Below, one piece after another: positions 13,938-26,381 of a stretch of 64,000 nucleotides of DNA (within the stretch, counting starts at the first letter, position 1; the number at the start of each line of letters is the position of its first letter). The notes below the pieces were generated by a model. The model searched no databases. It worked only from the letters and a program-made list of their open reading frames with translations, and was not told where the DNA came from. The DNA is taken from positions 1,364,001 to 1,428,000 of the forward strand of contig CM030334.1 in the NCBI GenBank assembly GCA_017654855.1, read 5' to 3'. The stretch is from Podospora anserina. Taxonomy: Eukaryota. The position numbers were made by a program, and so were the translations under genes.

Positions 13938-14521
13938 CTACAACTTCGGAGCAGGATCAATATTAACCTTCCCATGCTCACACACAGCCACGACCGCCCC
14001 GTTGTCCTTCCGCTTCATCACACCCCTCAAGGTAGCCATCTTCGCCCCGATCTGCAAGATGTCACACTCAATCAAGACCTCGGTGCCGACCGGGGCTGGA
14101 CGGAGATAGGTGGTGTTCAACGTCCGGGATACCCCCAGATACTGCCAGAACCCGGGCTTGGACACAAGGGCGGTGGCGGTGGAGGTGCAAAAGTCAAAGA
14201 GGGTTGCCGTGCAGCCTCCGTGGAGGTTGTTGAGGCGGTTGCAGTGCTGGGGCTCGACGGTGAAGCTGAAGAGGACTTTGGGGTGGGGTTGTTCGTCTGA
14301 GGCGGAGACGAGTTTGAGGTTGGGGAAGAAGGAGTTGGTCCATTCCTGGGAGGGGTGGTTAATAAAATATATACTAGGGATGCCTGGGGGAAACATACCT
14401 CGTCTTCCTTGTTGATGGCTTTTTGAGAAAAGGTCTCGATGAGAGCCCTGACTCTGGCCTCGCCCTTGAGGTTGAGGTAGTCTTGGTCGTGTTCCCACGC
14501 GCCGCTTTTGTCTTTGGACAT
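13938..14521 (-). CDS. Hotdog-fold acyl-CoA thioesterase (PaaI/THEM2/ACOT13-like)
   Basis: Two exons, intron 14398-14346 (GTATGT..CAG). Motifs HCNRLNNLHGGCTATLFD and GVSRTLNTTYLRPAP; ends HGKVNIDPAPKL. Confidence 0.9.
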
Positions 14522-15056
14522 GGTGTTGAGTGGCTAGGGGGTTGAGATCCAGGCGTGGGTTAGGGTTGTAGGGCTGAGGAAGGTAATGCGGTTGGCTGCA
14601 ACTAGTACCAAAGAATAGAGTAACAATCGGATGTCACGTATGAGTTTACAGATCGAATCTAGACCGACCTGAATGAAGAACAGGCACACCAAACAACGTC
14701 CACGTCCAACAACACATGCAACATACCGGGCTCATCTGGGGGCTTAAAAGGATATATGGGATTCCCCCGCGTATTTCCCATCTCTAGCCCCTGCTTTTCA
14801 GGTGGAGGTTACCCCAACTGCATCACTGCGAAATCCGAACCTGGGGAAACGTGCCTCGGCAAATCGCGTCAGGAACCCCTGCCCGCTACCGCTAGCTTAA
14901 ACATGCTTAACCGCACCAACCCTTGTCGGTGATCGCATCCGTCGCAATCACATTCAAATCTTGAGATCTCATCTACACATCACATATGCGCCAACCATCA
15001 CAACCCCGTTGACCATCTTCAACACGGTTCAGTTCATCCCGGAGAACAGACCCAAA

Positions 15057-16403
15057 ATGGAGTTCGTCACCGCCCTCCGCGGCTCCTTCGACCCAGGCAA
15101 ACCCTCCCTCTTCGAGCTCCTCTCAGAACAACAACTCTCCTCCCTCCTCCCCCCAACCCTCCGCTACCTCCTCACCCTCCTCACCCACCGCTACCCCCGC
15201 CACCTCCTCCGCGCCCTCAACTCCTTCGACGAGCTCTACGCTCTCCTCTCCCTCCTGATAGAGCGCCACTACCTCCTCACCCGCCAGGGCTCCTTCACCG
15301 AGAACTTCTACGGCCTCAAACGCGAGCGCGCCCTCACCTCCGAAATCCCCCGCGCCTCCACCCACGCCCCCCAAATCGTGCGGGAAGCCCTAGCCCTCAG
15401 AACAAAAGACGTCTACAAGAACCTCTTCGTCATAGTCCTCATCCCCTACCTCAAAAGAAAACTAGATGAAGCCCACGAGGTCGACGCCCCCAGGGCCTTG
15501 CTCGGAGCAGCCTACAACGCCCCCCCATCACCCAGCGCTCCCCTCAAGGAAAAACTGGGTTATTACTACAAAATCTTCCTCAGGAAAATCTACCCGACAA
15601 TCAACATGACCTACCACCTCTCCATCCTCGCCTTCTCCCTGGGGTACCTCTTTGACAACACGAAATACTCCTCCCCCTTCCTGTGGCTCATCGGCACAAG
15701 AATCCGCCGTATGGGACCGGCAGATTACAAGGCGATAGAGGAGTGGGAGAAGGTTCTCCCCGCGGATGGGACCAGATCGAGGTCAATCTTCCAGAGACTG
15801 CTCTCCTCCCTTTCCTTGGTGCTACCGACTAGTATCTTTGCGCTCAAGTTTCTGGAGTGGTGGTACTCGTCGGATTTTGCAAAGCAGCTCTCTAGGAAGG
15901 CGGCCGAGTCGCTCCAGCTTCCACCGCCGGGGATGACCACCACGCCCAAATCTGTCTCCCCAAAGAAACAGCCGCCTCCCTCCCTCTCTGAGCTGTCCGA
16001 CATCCCCCCAGCAGAGGAAGAGTTGCTCGAACAACTCGCCTCCTCTGCCCCCGTCGCGTCGTCGTCTCTCTTGCCTATTTTCACCGTTGCTGCCATCCCA
16101 AGAGAGGAAGATGACGATGGTGAGGAGGACAAAAAGCGGCAGGAGGAAGATAGCAGTCTGTGTCCGATCTGCCAGGAAGAAATCACCACGCCGACCGCGT
16201 GCCAGACGGGGATTGTTTACTGTTACGGCTGCATTCACAAGTGGATCTCTGGTGCGAATCCGCATCAGGAGAGGTTTATGGAGAGGGTTGAGAAAGCACT
16301 TGGAGGGAGCAGCAGGAAGTGGGAGAGCGGGGAGGGGAGGTGCGCTGTTACGGGGAGGAGGGTGTTGGGTGGGGTGGAGGGGTTGAGAAGGGTTATGGTA
16401 TAA
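15057..16403 (+). CDS. PEX12: Peroxin Pex12 (RING ubiquitin-ligase complex)
   Basis: [13 protein letters not shown]...LRY N-terminus, [21 protein letters not shown], and a degenerate C-terminal RING (CPIC...CQTG.VYCYGC...CAVTG). ATG at 15057. Confidence 0.95.
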   Translation: MEFVTALRGSFDPGKPSLFELLSEQQLSSLLPPTLRYLLTLLTHRYPRHLLRALNSFDELYALLSLLIERHYLLTRQGSFTENFYGLKRERALTSEIPRASTHAPQIVREALALRTKDVYKNLFVIVLIPYLKRKLDEAHEVDAPRALLGAAYNAPPSPSAPLKEKLGYYYKIFLRKIYPTINMTYHLSILAFSLGYLFDNTKYSSPFLWLIGTRIRRMGPADYKAIEEWEKVLPADGTRSRSIFQRLLSSLSLVLPTSIFALKFLEWWYSSDFAKQLSRKAAESLQLPPPGMTTTPKSVSPKKQPPPSLSELSDIPPAEEELLEQLASSAPVASSSLLPIFTVAAIPREEDDDGEEDKKRQEEDSSLCPICQEEITTPTACQTGIVYCYGCIHKWISGANPHQERFMERVEKALGGSSRKWESGEGRCAVTGRRVLGGVEGLRRVMV

Positions 16404-17203
16404 CTGAAGAAGGAAGGGGGTGAGGGGAGTGTATATCTATCTTGTGTGTGAGTGTGTATGACCAAGAGATGGAGATGGGAAAGTATTGATAATTATGTAC
16501 ATCTAATGATGGTGGTGGTGGTGGTGGTGGTGGACTGTTAACGAGTGGTGTAACATAGAAGCATGATAGAGCGTTTAATTCACTTTAAATACATACAATC
16601 ATACCTCCTCATGTCCTAGCCACCCAGAGCAAACACCCCTTCACCGGTGTGGCTTTCCTCTCCAGATCAAAAACCCCCACAACGTCATCTCCGTCCCACA
16701 AACTCCCTGCACAGTACCAGGCACAGCATCCCCATGCACGTATCATCTCAAGACAAACATGAACACACCCGTACACACAAACCTGCTGTACCACTCGCTT
16801 CAGAACAAGACAATGACGATATCGGGACAAGGTTCTTATTTGTTTGTTATTAGAGCTGAGCAAATTAATCTCCTTCCTATCTACAACAAGGTAGTGGTTG
16901 AGAAGCGATGAGGTATCGTTAATTCTGCGATCCCCACAGTAGTCATCATACAGATCTAGGCTAAAAATGCAACCTTCTCCCGTGTTTAAATCTTTGCTTG
17001 TTCCTCTTCGCCACGGCTGTATGTCCCCATGGCCTTGTACTTCCGGTATAATCGCTCCCCTGATCTTTCCCATCGTACACGTAAAAGTAAATCCTCAAGA
17101 AAGACAGCCTTCCAAACGCCACGGACGCCGCAGCCAATGCAAACTCCTGTAAAAATATGAGACCGTAGTGTTCGTTTGACATGATTAGAAAAGCTTCAGA
17201 GCC

Positions 17204-19222
17204 TTAAAGGGCAGCTTTTGTTGTGGGGACAGCCCCCTCGATTACTGCCGTGTCTTTTTCGCTCTTGGGTTCGTCAGGCTTCTGCTGCGAGATGCCATCC
17301 CGTCCTGAGGAAGATGACTTGCTGTGGCGCTTGAGAGCGTCGGTTCCCTTCTCTGTTGCTGTGGCAGATAGGACGGGTCCCTCGTTGGCTCCTTGTGCTG
17401 GCGGACCTGCTGCCTGGCCTGGACCTCCTGGACCTCCGGGGCCCTGCTTCTTCTTGATGCTGACCCACTCCATGCCAAATGCCATAAGCAAGGCGACCAG
17501 CACCACTCCGAGTGCTGCCAGGAATATGTGTCTGCATGCGAATTCGTAGGCGTCTACTACTTGAGACCTGTACTCGGGCCCTACTCTGTCAATGAGATGT
17601 GTGGCGCCTTCGGTCACAATGATCCTGGATCCGCCAATGCCAGGGATATCCTGCAACTGGGACACGAGAATGTTGCTGAGAATTGTTTGCCCGACCGAGG
17701 TGAAGACGGCACCACCCAACTGCTGTACGAAAAAGTTGATAGCAATTCCCGCCGGCATATCTTGCTTGGAGAGCACCGCCTGGACAGCAAGACCGCTAGT
17801 CTGCATGCCGAAGCCCACGCCAAAACCAGCCAGGAACTGGTAGGCGATCCAGTGAGATGAAGGACTGTCCTCTGTGAGGGTGCTGAGAAGGCCCTCACCG
17901 ATCGACATCAAAATGGGCGCCACGATCATGGACGGCACATAGTAGCCAATTGCCTGGGTGGCAAACCCGGAGCCTATGCTGGAGAAGACCAAGCTGAGCA
18001 CCAGTGGCACAGTGTAGATTCCCGACTTTATCGGATCGACTTGCTTGACCGTTTGGACTAGTATCATGTCAGCACAACTCCCAAAGCTGGACCGAATGAC
18101 AACCTACACCAGATTGGCACATAGTACACCAGCATTAGCATGGATCCTGATAGGAAGAATGTGTAGAGGGTGCCAAAGAACACACTCCTCTGCGTAATTA
18201 CCCTCGGTGGAATGGTTGCGGTCTCGGGCAGCTTGATTTGAACCGTGGTGTAGGCGATAGAGCAGAGTCCAAAGAAGACAAACAGTACAATGATGCGCCA
18301 GTCGTTCCAATCATAGGTCGACCCACCCCATTGCAAGGCAATGAAGAGACAGACTATGCCCGGGAAGAGAAACAGTATACCAATGGGATCCAGGCGTTTG
18401 ACATGTTGGCTGAAAGGGGCCGGCGGATGATCCTCCGTTTTGGGAGTCCACCACCACCAGAGAAAAACCGAGGCGACGGCACCAATTGGGAGGTTGATGT
18501 AGAAACACCACCTCCAGGTAGCTCCTCCGGTAAAACCACCGCCGACAAGAGGACCCATCACAGACGCCAACCCAAAGACCATACCAAAGAGGCCTTGGAA
18601 CTGGGGCCTCTTATGCAGTGGAACCATATCGATCAGAACCAGAAGTGTGCCGGAAAAGATGCCGGCTCCGCCCAAGCCGGCAATGGCTCGACCCAGGATG
18701 AAGACAATCGAGTTTGTAGCGGATCCGCAGATAGCCGAGCCGATCTCAAAAACCAGAATGCTTGTGAAGAAAGTCCTAAAGTCCTCACTGAGGTCAGTAA
18801 CGTGTCCACTCGCACACGAGTTTCACAATGACGTACCACTTCTTGTCGTAGAACTTATAAATGCGGCCGAAAACCAGTTGGGCACAGGCCGTCGTCAGCA
18901 TGTATGAGGAGCCATACCAACCAATATCGCCCAGAGAATTAAACTCGTCCGTAATTCTCGGGACAGCCGTGGCGATGATGGTGCGATCCAGGGCCACCAA
19001 GAAGAGGGCGAGAAAGTTACACAGGATCGTGACCCAGAATTTGACACTTTTAGGCTTGTAGAGGTCCTCATCCCCCCCGACAGCCGCTCCCGGAGGACCT
19101 GAAGCCGGGGCAATCTTCTCGACGTCGCTCATCTGAGGAGTCGAGGTGTCGGTCTGGGTGACCTGTCCCGACTGCCCGCTCCCGCTGCCGAGCGAAGTCA
19201 GAGATCGCTTTTCGGTAGCCAT
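17204..19222 (-). CDS. MFS drug/toxin:H+ antiporter (DHA2, 14-TM type)
   Basis: Exons 19222-18837, 18775-18108, 18057-17204. Motifs [40 protein letters not shown] and many hydrophobic helices. Confidence 0.93.
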
Positions 19223-21500
19223 GGTGGGCAGATATCCGAGACGATCGGAGACGGCAGAAGTTGCGTAAGGCCGCTGAGATAAATGGCGAAGAAGGCGTGT
19301 GAGAGGTGAGGCGTGACCAGCCGAACCGTTTGAACAAACTTGGACCCACGAGGAAATGAGGTTTGAGGGAGCGTATGTAAATAGGGGCGCGGCAAGGGAG
19401 CGAGGTTCGAAGGGAGTGACCTTGTGCAAACTTTAAAATAAAATACCTGACCTGGGTAGGTAGGTATTGCTGCTGCAAGACTCAGACTCAGACTCTGGCG
19501 GGTGGGCGAGACAGGAATGCGTCTCGGGCCTATTGCTGCGCGCGGCCAGAGACAAGATGTCGTCAGGTAGGAAGAGAGCGAGCGAGCAGCCTGGATTGGG
19601 GTATATGCCCCCGGGACGGAAGATGAGCGAGGTGACGGCCACGAGCAACATCGACAAGCCACAGCCTGGAACTGGAACTACAGCGCAACCGATACCGCAG
19701 AACTCTTGTGTTATATAGAAGCTGCGACCTGGCCGGTGCCTGCCTCTTGCGAGAAGATCAGAGCAGCCATTGTCCCCCCGAAGCCAGAACTCCGCCAGTT
19801 AGGTTGGGTAAACAAGAACTTAGGTTGGAACTAAGTATAAGCAATCTATCCGGGCCGTGTCAAATGTAGGTGCAGCGGACATGAAGCACCGGTCGTTGCA
19901 GCACTCTGTTTCGTTTAGGCCTCTTGTCTCGCTCATATTGGGCGATTGGATATTGTGATGCGAGGCCGTCGTTATTTGGACCTGGAGTTTCCCCAGACGG
20001 GTCCGGTGGTCGTGTAAGCGATCTATCTACCTGGTACAATATACCCCGGCTTCGCAACAGCGCTCCTAGTGCTAACGGTTCTTTTTAGTGTGGAGGCCCC
20101 TTCTTTGTGGGCATTGACCAATCGCGACTAGCGCCGGCATCTCGCTGAGCTAGTCCCTGTTGGTGGAGAGCGCCCAGACCGGGCATGAGCCACGTCCCTT
20201 CGGTCCCGAGACATGTTCCTTTCTTTGTTGAGACCTCACTGACAGCTGTTTCCCAGCGATTCACAGCTGACATGCGCCGGCCGCGTATAAATCCCGAATC
20301 TCCAAGAGCGCCCCCCTCTCTCTGCCGCTGCTCCTTCCCACGATTGGGACGATGTGTGCTGCCTTGTGCAACTCGAGCGCGCCAGTGGCATCCCAATCAG
20401 GGTGAGGGGGATGACATGTGTGTGTGAAGACACCCACATCCACTCCTTGACTCCTTCCTAAGCGGAGGTGGCCATGGAGGCATTGGCGGTATGGTTAGCA
20501 GGAAGGAGCTCTTCTTCATCTGGCAGCAGCAGCAGCAGCAGCCTGCCTGCCTGCCTGCCTCGTCCCTTCCGGGTTCCTTTCTTACCTTAACCAGATCCAG
20601 ATCCAGGACAGCAGGGGCAACTGCTCGGCAGCAGCTTACCCTGCGTCAGTTCTTCATCGAATTGTGTCTCCCCGTTTCTTCTTCAGGTTCCATCTTCACC
20701 TCCGTCGTCGCCGCCGCCCCCTTTTCTGAATTTGCTCTCCCCCCCAGTGCCCTCTGTTCGTTCCACCGTGGTGGTATTGCTTGTTATTTGCTGCTGCTAC
20801 ATACATACATACATTACATACATTGGATATTCCATTCCCATTGTTCTCCTGTACACGGGGGTCTGAGACCCGCAGGGCATCATCCATCAAATCCCCTTCA
20901 TCGCAGCTTCCTCGAGCTGGGTGCCATCCCAAGAGGACGGACGGCGCAGCCACTCTGGAATGGTCCGACCTGCCTATTGACAGCTGCCAATCTCGCATTT
21001 TGCTGTCGCCCGGTGTTGCCTTGTTGCGTATCGTCCATTTCGCCAGTCGTCAACCACCAGTCATCGGCCATCGGTAGTCGGTCGTCGCACCTCACTTTGC
21101 CCGCGCATCGGCAGTCAAGACACCCCCCCTGGCAGGACAGGCAGCAGAGGGAGGCATTGTTCGGCCCATCCTCACCGACTGCGCCGACTCGTGCAGCGAT
21201 CGCCCATCTTTGACATATACCATCACACATACCTGACCTCTCTGCCTTGCCTTGCCGACAGAGACCAAACATCCAGCCGGTCGGATACCTTGCGGCTCTG
21301 CCCATCGCTCCGACGGTGTTGGCCAGATCTTGCTGGCTGAACCTGGCCGAGCATTGGGGGGAGGGACCAGAGCGAAGCGCGGCAGACCTGCATCGCTTCC
21401 TACATTCCAGTTCGTCGCTTCGGGCCCGAGCGGTTCACCCGCGCTTCCGGTATCGTTCGAGAAACGACCGTCTACCAGGTCGGCCCATATTACCCACACC

Positions 21501-24241
21501 ATGGCCACAGAACAGCATCTGGAGCAGCCGCCGTCGCCCTCGCGGCTCCCAATCACTGGTTCCGAGCCGTCGGTGATGAAGTTGACGCGCGGTCACTCAT
21601 GCGTGCTGTGTCAACAACGCAAGGTTCGATGTGACAAGCAAAAGCCTTGCGCCAACTGCCTCAAGGCCCAGGTCGAGTGTCGCGTCGTGCCCCCACAGCC
21701 ACCAAGACGCAGGAAGAAGAAGCCGCATGAGAGGGACCTCATCGAGAGACTTCGGAAATACGAGCACTTGATGTCCCAGCACGGCCTCTCCTTTGAACCC
21801 ATCGCCCAGGACCTCAGGCCCTCGGACAATGGAGACGACGTTGCCGATCTGGAGCAGGATCTGAGCGGGCTCAAGACCTCGCCCTCAAGCACCGCCGACC
21901 ATGTCTCGCCAGATCAGGCCAATGACAAGTCAGTCTGCCCCCTAGAGAGGCAAGAAACACCGGGTCTTGCTGCGAGCTGACACTGCAGTGACCTTAGACC
22001 GAAATGGTATCCCAATAACAGCTACTACAAAGACGTAGGTTGCGGTCTTTTTCATATCTCTTGTCACAGATGGGCCCCCACACTTTCATTCCTACCAAAA
22101 CGCCGTGCCAGCCACCCACATGCCTGGCTTGCCACCACCAGACGGTTTAGTTTGATCTGATATATCAGATTGCTCCGGAGTGCCTGACATGTCACTAGCA
22201 ATATCGCAACGCCGACGATGACTCCTCGGACGAGGACTACGAGGGCCCAACGCTTCACCATGCCTACGATGCCATGTTCGACAACAACGATGGCTTCCCC
22301 TTCGTCGTGGGCGGCGCAACGCAAAGCGTGACTAGCCACCACCCACCAGCCATCCAAATGTTTCAGCTCTGGCAAATCTACATCAGCAATGTCAACCCTC
22401 TGCTCAAGATCAACCACACACCGACACTCCAAGCCCAGATCATCAGTGCCAGCACGGCCATCAACAAGATATCGAGGCCCCTGGAGGCCTTGATGTTCGC
22501 CATCTACTTTGCCGCCATCACATCCATGAATGACGACGAGGTTCAAAGTACCTTTGGCGAAGACAAGGCAGTCTTGTTGGGAAAGTACCACCATGCCACC
22601 CAGCAGGCACTTGTCAATGCTGGCTTCATGCGCTCGACCGACCTGGCCGTGCTCCAAGCCTTGTTCCTTTACCTGGTGCGTTTCTGACCCTATCCCAGTT
22701 AGTCTCGCTGATCTCGCTGTACTGACATCACCCAGCTCTGTGTTAGACAATATGTAGACCCACGATCCCTGTTTTGCCTGATCGGTATGGCGGTCAGAAT
22801 AGCAACGAGGCTGGGAATTCACCGCGACGGAGCTCAGTTTGGTTTGACACCGTTTGAAACGGAACAGCGGAGACGCCTGTGGTGGCAGCTCGTCATATTC
22901 GACAAGCGAGTGGCGGAAATTACTGGTTCATCCATCACCGCATTGTCGACATGTGCAAGCGACTGCAATTTTCCCTCCAACGTCAACGATACAGACTTGA
23001 GCGTCCACGCCAAGGACCATCTGCCCCCGCACCATGGGCCGACGGAGATGGTATTTTGCCTCACCCGCATCGAGCTTACTGTAGCATCCAGCCAGACCGG
23101 CAACATGCGTCCTGGGCCCTCCACTCCCGGAGGCAGACCCGGGGTCAACAACAAGGCGCAGAAGGTGCAATATAGCCCTTCTCCATCCTCCCCGGACCTT
23201 GTCACCCATGTGGCCAACCAGACGCTGCCTCACGACCTGGCCAGTTTTCACCTGTATATTGAGAACAGGTATCTGAAGCATTGCGACCAACGCATCCCTC
23301 TTCACTCGTTCACATTGCTCATGACGCGCCAGGCGCTTTCCAAGCTCCGCGTCATCGACTTTTTGACTCGTAGTTCGGGGATCGAGAGTGTCAACCCAGC
23401 CGAGCGAGAGGAGCTTTTCATAGAAGCCATCAGGACGGTTGACTTAGACAACATGATCCAGAGGGCTCCGGAACTGCAAGGGTTCCGGTGGTATACATAC
23501 CAGCATTTCCCATTTCCCGCCTACATCTTTCTCATATCGGAGCTTAGAGTGCGAACGACGGGTAGCTTGTGCGAGCGGGCGTGGGACGCTATGATCGAAA
23601 ATCACGACCGCCGGGGGTTACTTAGGAGGAATCTCCGGTCACCGTTACACATTGCGTTTGGACACTTCTTTGTGAAGGCGTGGGATGCGAGAGAGCAGGC
23701 CGAATTGCAGCTGGGGAGAGTGTTGCCAACGCCCCAGATTGTGACGCTGCTGAGGAACACGGTCTCCAAGATGAAGAGGCCGACGGGGCCGCCGTTGGAT
23801 GGAGGTGACCATCAGGCTAGTGTGCCCGGGCCGCCTGTCGCTCTGCCGCCGCCAATCGTCGGTGGGAATGACCCGCCACCGGGACTGTATCCAGGAAAGG
23901 GGATGCCGTTGACCCCCGAGACAACGGGGCCGGTGCCCGGAGCGGGGCCGCAGGTAGGACCGCCGGGAGGACCAGGACCAGGGATGATGGCAATGGGTGA
24001 TGCGCCCGTCATGTTTAATGGATATGAAGGCCTGAACCCCTTGTTCAACAGTGCCAGTGGACCTGGACCGGGAGGTGGACAAGTTGGCGGACCTGGGGGA
24101 GGAGGAGGGCCAGGTGGGATGGAAGAAATGGACTTTGGGCAGATGGACTGGAACTACCTGGTGCAGTACAGTTCTTTTGGGGCGTTCAACCCTGCTTATT
24201 ACCACCAGGGCGGCGCGGGTCCTGCGGGGAGTCACCCATGA
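21501..24241 (+). CDS. Zn(II)2Cys6 transcription factor with fungal-specific middle homology region
   Basis: Exons 21501-21928, 21998-22034, 22199-22675, 22736-24241. CVLCQQRKVRCDKQKPCANCLKAQVEC cluster; AVRIATRLGIHRD...EQRRRLWW; P/G-rich C-terminal activation region. Confidence 0.93.
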
Positions 24242-26275
24242 AAAACAGGGAACAGGAGGGCGGCTACCTGCGTCTACGGGCAGCGCCAGAATCCCGGGTG
24301 GCGTTTAGGTTTGGGGACTTGAGTGCCGCGCAGTGGTGGATGCGAGACCTGCAGATGCGGGCGAACTACCTAGGCGGACGGGCGTCGGGAGGATGACGAC
24401 TTTGGAGTCCAAGCGAGGATGTATGACTCGGTCAAGTTCGGTTCGGGTTCGGGTGACTGAGGTGACTGTTGGTGTTTTTTTCCTGATCGGGATGGAAGAG
24501 GAGGTAAGATGGGAGGAGAGAAAGGAAGCACACCACTCACTTTTTTTATTTGATGTTGGTTTTTTTGTCCATGATATTCATATGGCGGGATGGAGAGATG
24601 TTGTTGATGATGTTTTGGAACTGTTTGGTGGTTTCAAGGTTTAAAAGAGATAAAGCGCGTGTGTGTGGTGGTGGTTCTCTTTTTTACTTCTTGATGATAT
24701 ATTGTTTTTTTGTTCCTGTTGGGTGTGAAGGTTGTCTATACCATGAAGCAAGAAGTTTCTTATATTAAAGTTAGGTTTCTTTTATTTTTGTTATATATGA
24801 ATATAAAATGGAATAAAGGTTATATACCGCTCTTTACACACACACAATTAAGAAGTTGGAGAGGAGAGAGAGGGAGGGAGGAATTTTTGAGCACATGATG
24901 AAGGAAGGATGAATAGGATTTATGTTTGGGTCTGGCACGGGGGCATGCAATGCATGTGATTTCGGGTATATTACTAGCTTTTGAATCCCGGTGGTGGTGG
25001 GCTGGATTTGACAAGACCTAGTATTGAGAGCAGGCTGGTAAGGGTACAGATATTGAATTCATGCGTAGAAGTTGGAGTGGCTTGCGGCGGCGGTACGGTG
25101 CGGGACGGGCGTTGGGGAAAAGACGACTGATTGTCCGGAGGCGCGGTTTCACATGTAGGGTTCTTCTTTCGCTTTTTCATAGGTAGGGCGGGAGTTAGGT
25201 TGGGAGGGGGAAGAAGGTGGGCGGGAAGCGTTGTTCGGTTTTGGAATGGTACCCGATTTCCTGGAGGTGGCGAGAGAGGGTATGAGCATGTTTGGTAGAG
25301 GTGCTTGTGGGGAGTATGTAGGGAGTATTTTTTTTTTGGGGGGAATTGGGGAGATAGGCTGTGAGAGTGGTTGGCATGAGGTGAGGTAAGCATGTAAGTG
25401 TGAGGTGAGATAATACCCCGGGAGTTGTGACTGAGTGGGTGGTTGGTTGTTTTAGGCTGATAAGTGATATAACCAAGCTAACAGTTTCTACCCATCTATG
25501 TATGAGCAAATTCAACGAGTTGTGGGTTCTGTACTGCGACACGGAAGCCGGACATTGAGGTCGGGCGACGTAAGGGATGCTCTCGACTCATCGTCTGCAG
25601 TTGGAATTGCTCGATAATAGGGTAGCTCGGTTCGGGATTATCATACCTACCCGACGTGAGAGTAGAATAGGTAGGTGGGCAATCAATCTATGGCGATGTA
25701 ATAAGAGGGCAATATCTGAACTGTAATAATAAGCTGAGCTGTATATGCAATATGCTCGACTCTGTGTGAGCCGTGACAAGGTATAACTGCCCGGAGGTAA
25801 ATTCGAACTCCGGGCATCAGTTCATTGTCCGGTGCGCAGCAGAGGGGTCAAGTCATTCATGGCCGTCCGGGACCGAGAATCTTAGACTTGGGGATTTTCT
25901 TTTCAAGCCGTAGTCTGCTGATGTAGTTCGGATCCGGAAACTTGACGTTTGGTGTTTGGGATGCATGTAGATGGTTTGCCCCCCCCAAAGCGGCGTTTTG
26001 GCAGAGAGAGGCACACACACACATCTTCAAAGTATCTGTCTCTCTTTCCCACAGCCCTTCACTGCTCGACTTCACCTCTCTCACTCCGTGTCCATCAAGG
26101 TCCCCGTCCACGATCCCATTAAAAGTGGCAAAAAAACGTGGACAGCAAGGATTCACAACAAACAAAGGCAGGTGTGGCTCACAGCCAAGCAGAAAAATCA
26201 ATTGTGAGTGCACAACGCTGTAAATTCATCATGTGTCCTGTGCTCGTGGGTGGGCGCTGTGCTGGCGGTTTTGCA

Positions 26276-26381
26276 CTTTTCCCCCCATTCTCTCCTGATA
26301 CAATAATGCAAACCTTTTTTCTCCCTTTTCCCCCCATTCTCTCCTGATACAATAATGCAAACCTTTTTTCTCCCTTTTCCC
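26276..26381. repeat. Perfect 49-bp tandem duplication (2 copies plus a partial third)
   Basis: Unit cttttccccccattctctcctgatacaataatgcaaaccttttttctcc at 26276 and 26325, followed by cttttccc. Confidence 0.95.

Noticed and set aside
14557-14567. GGGTTAGGGTT telomere-like motif or telomerase RNA template
   Set aside because: Fewer than two repeats, in the thioesterase 5' leader; no telomerase RNA context.
20491-21500. 240-aa ORF and non-AUG in-frame extension upstream of the Zn2Cys6 gene
   Set aside because: Composition is typical of a GC-rich 5' leader with simple repeats; no domain or codon bias.
25788-25816. TTCGAA-containing hairpin as a tRNA T-arm
   Set aside because: No cloverleaf, acceptor stem or A-box can be built on either strand.
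26276-26381. Tandem repeat as a CRISPR array
   Set aside because: Eukaryotic context, no spacers, only two adjacent copies.
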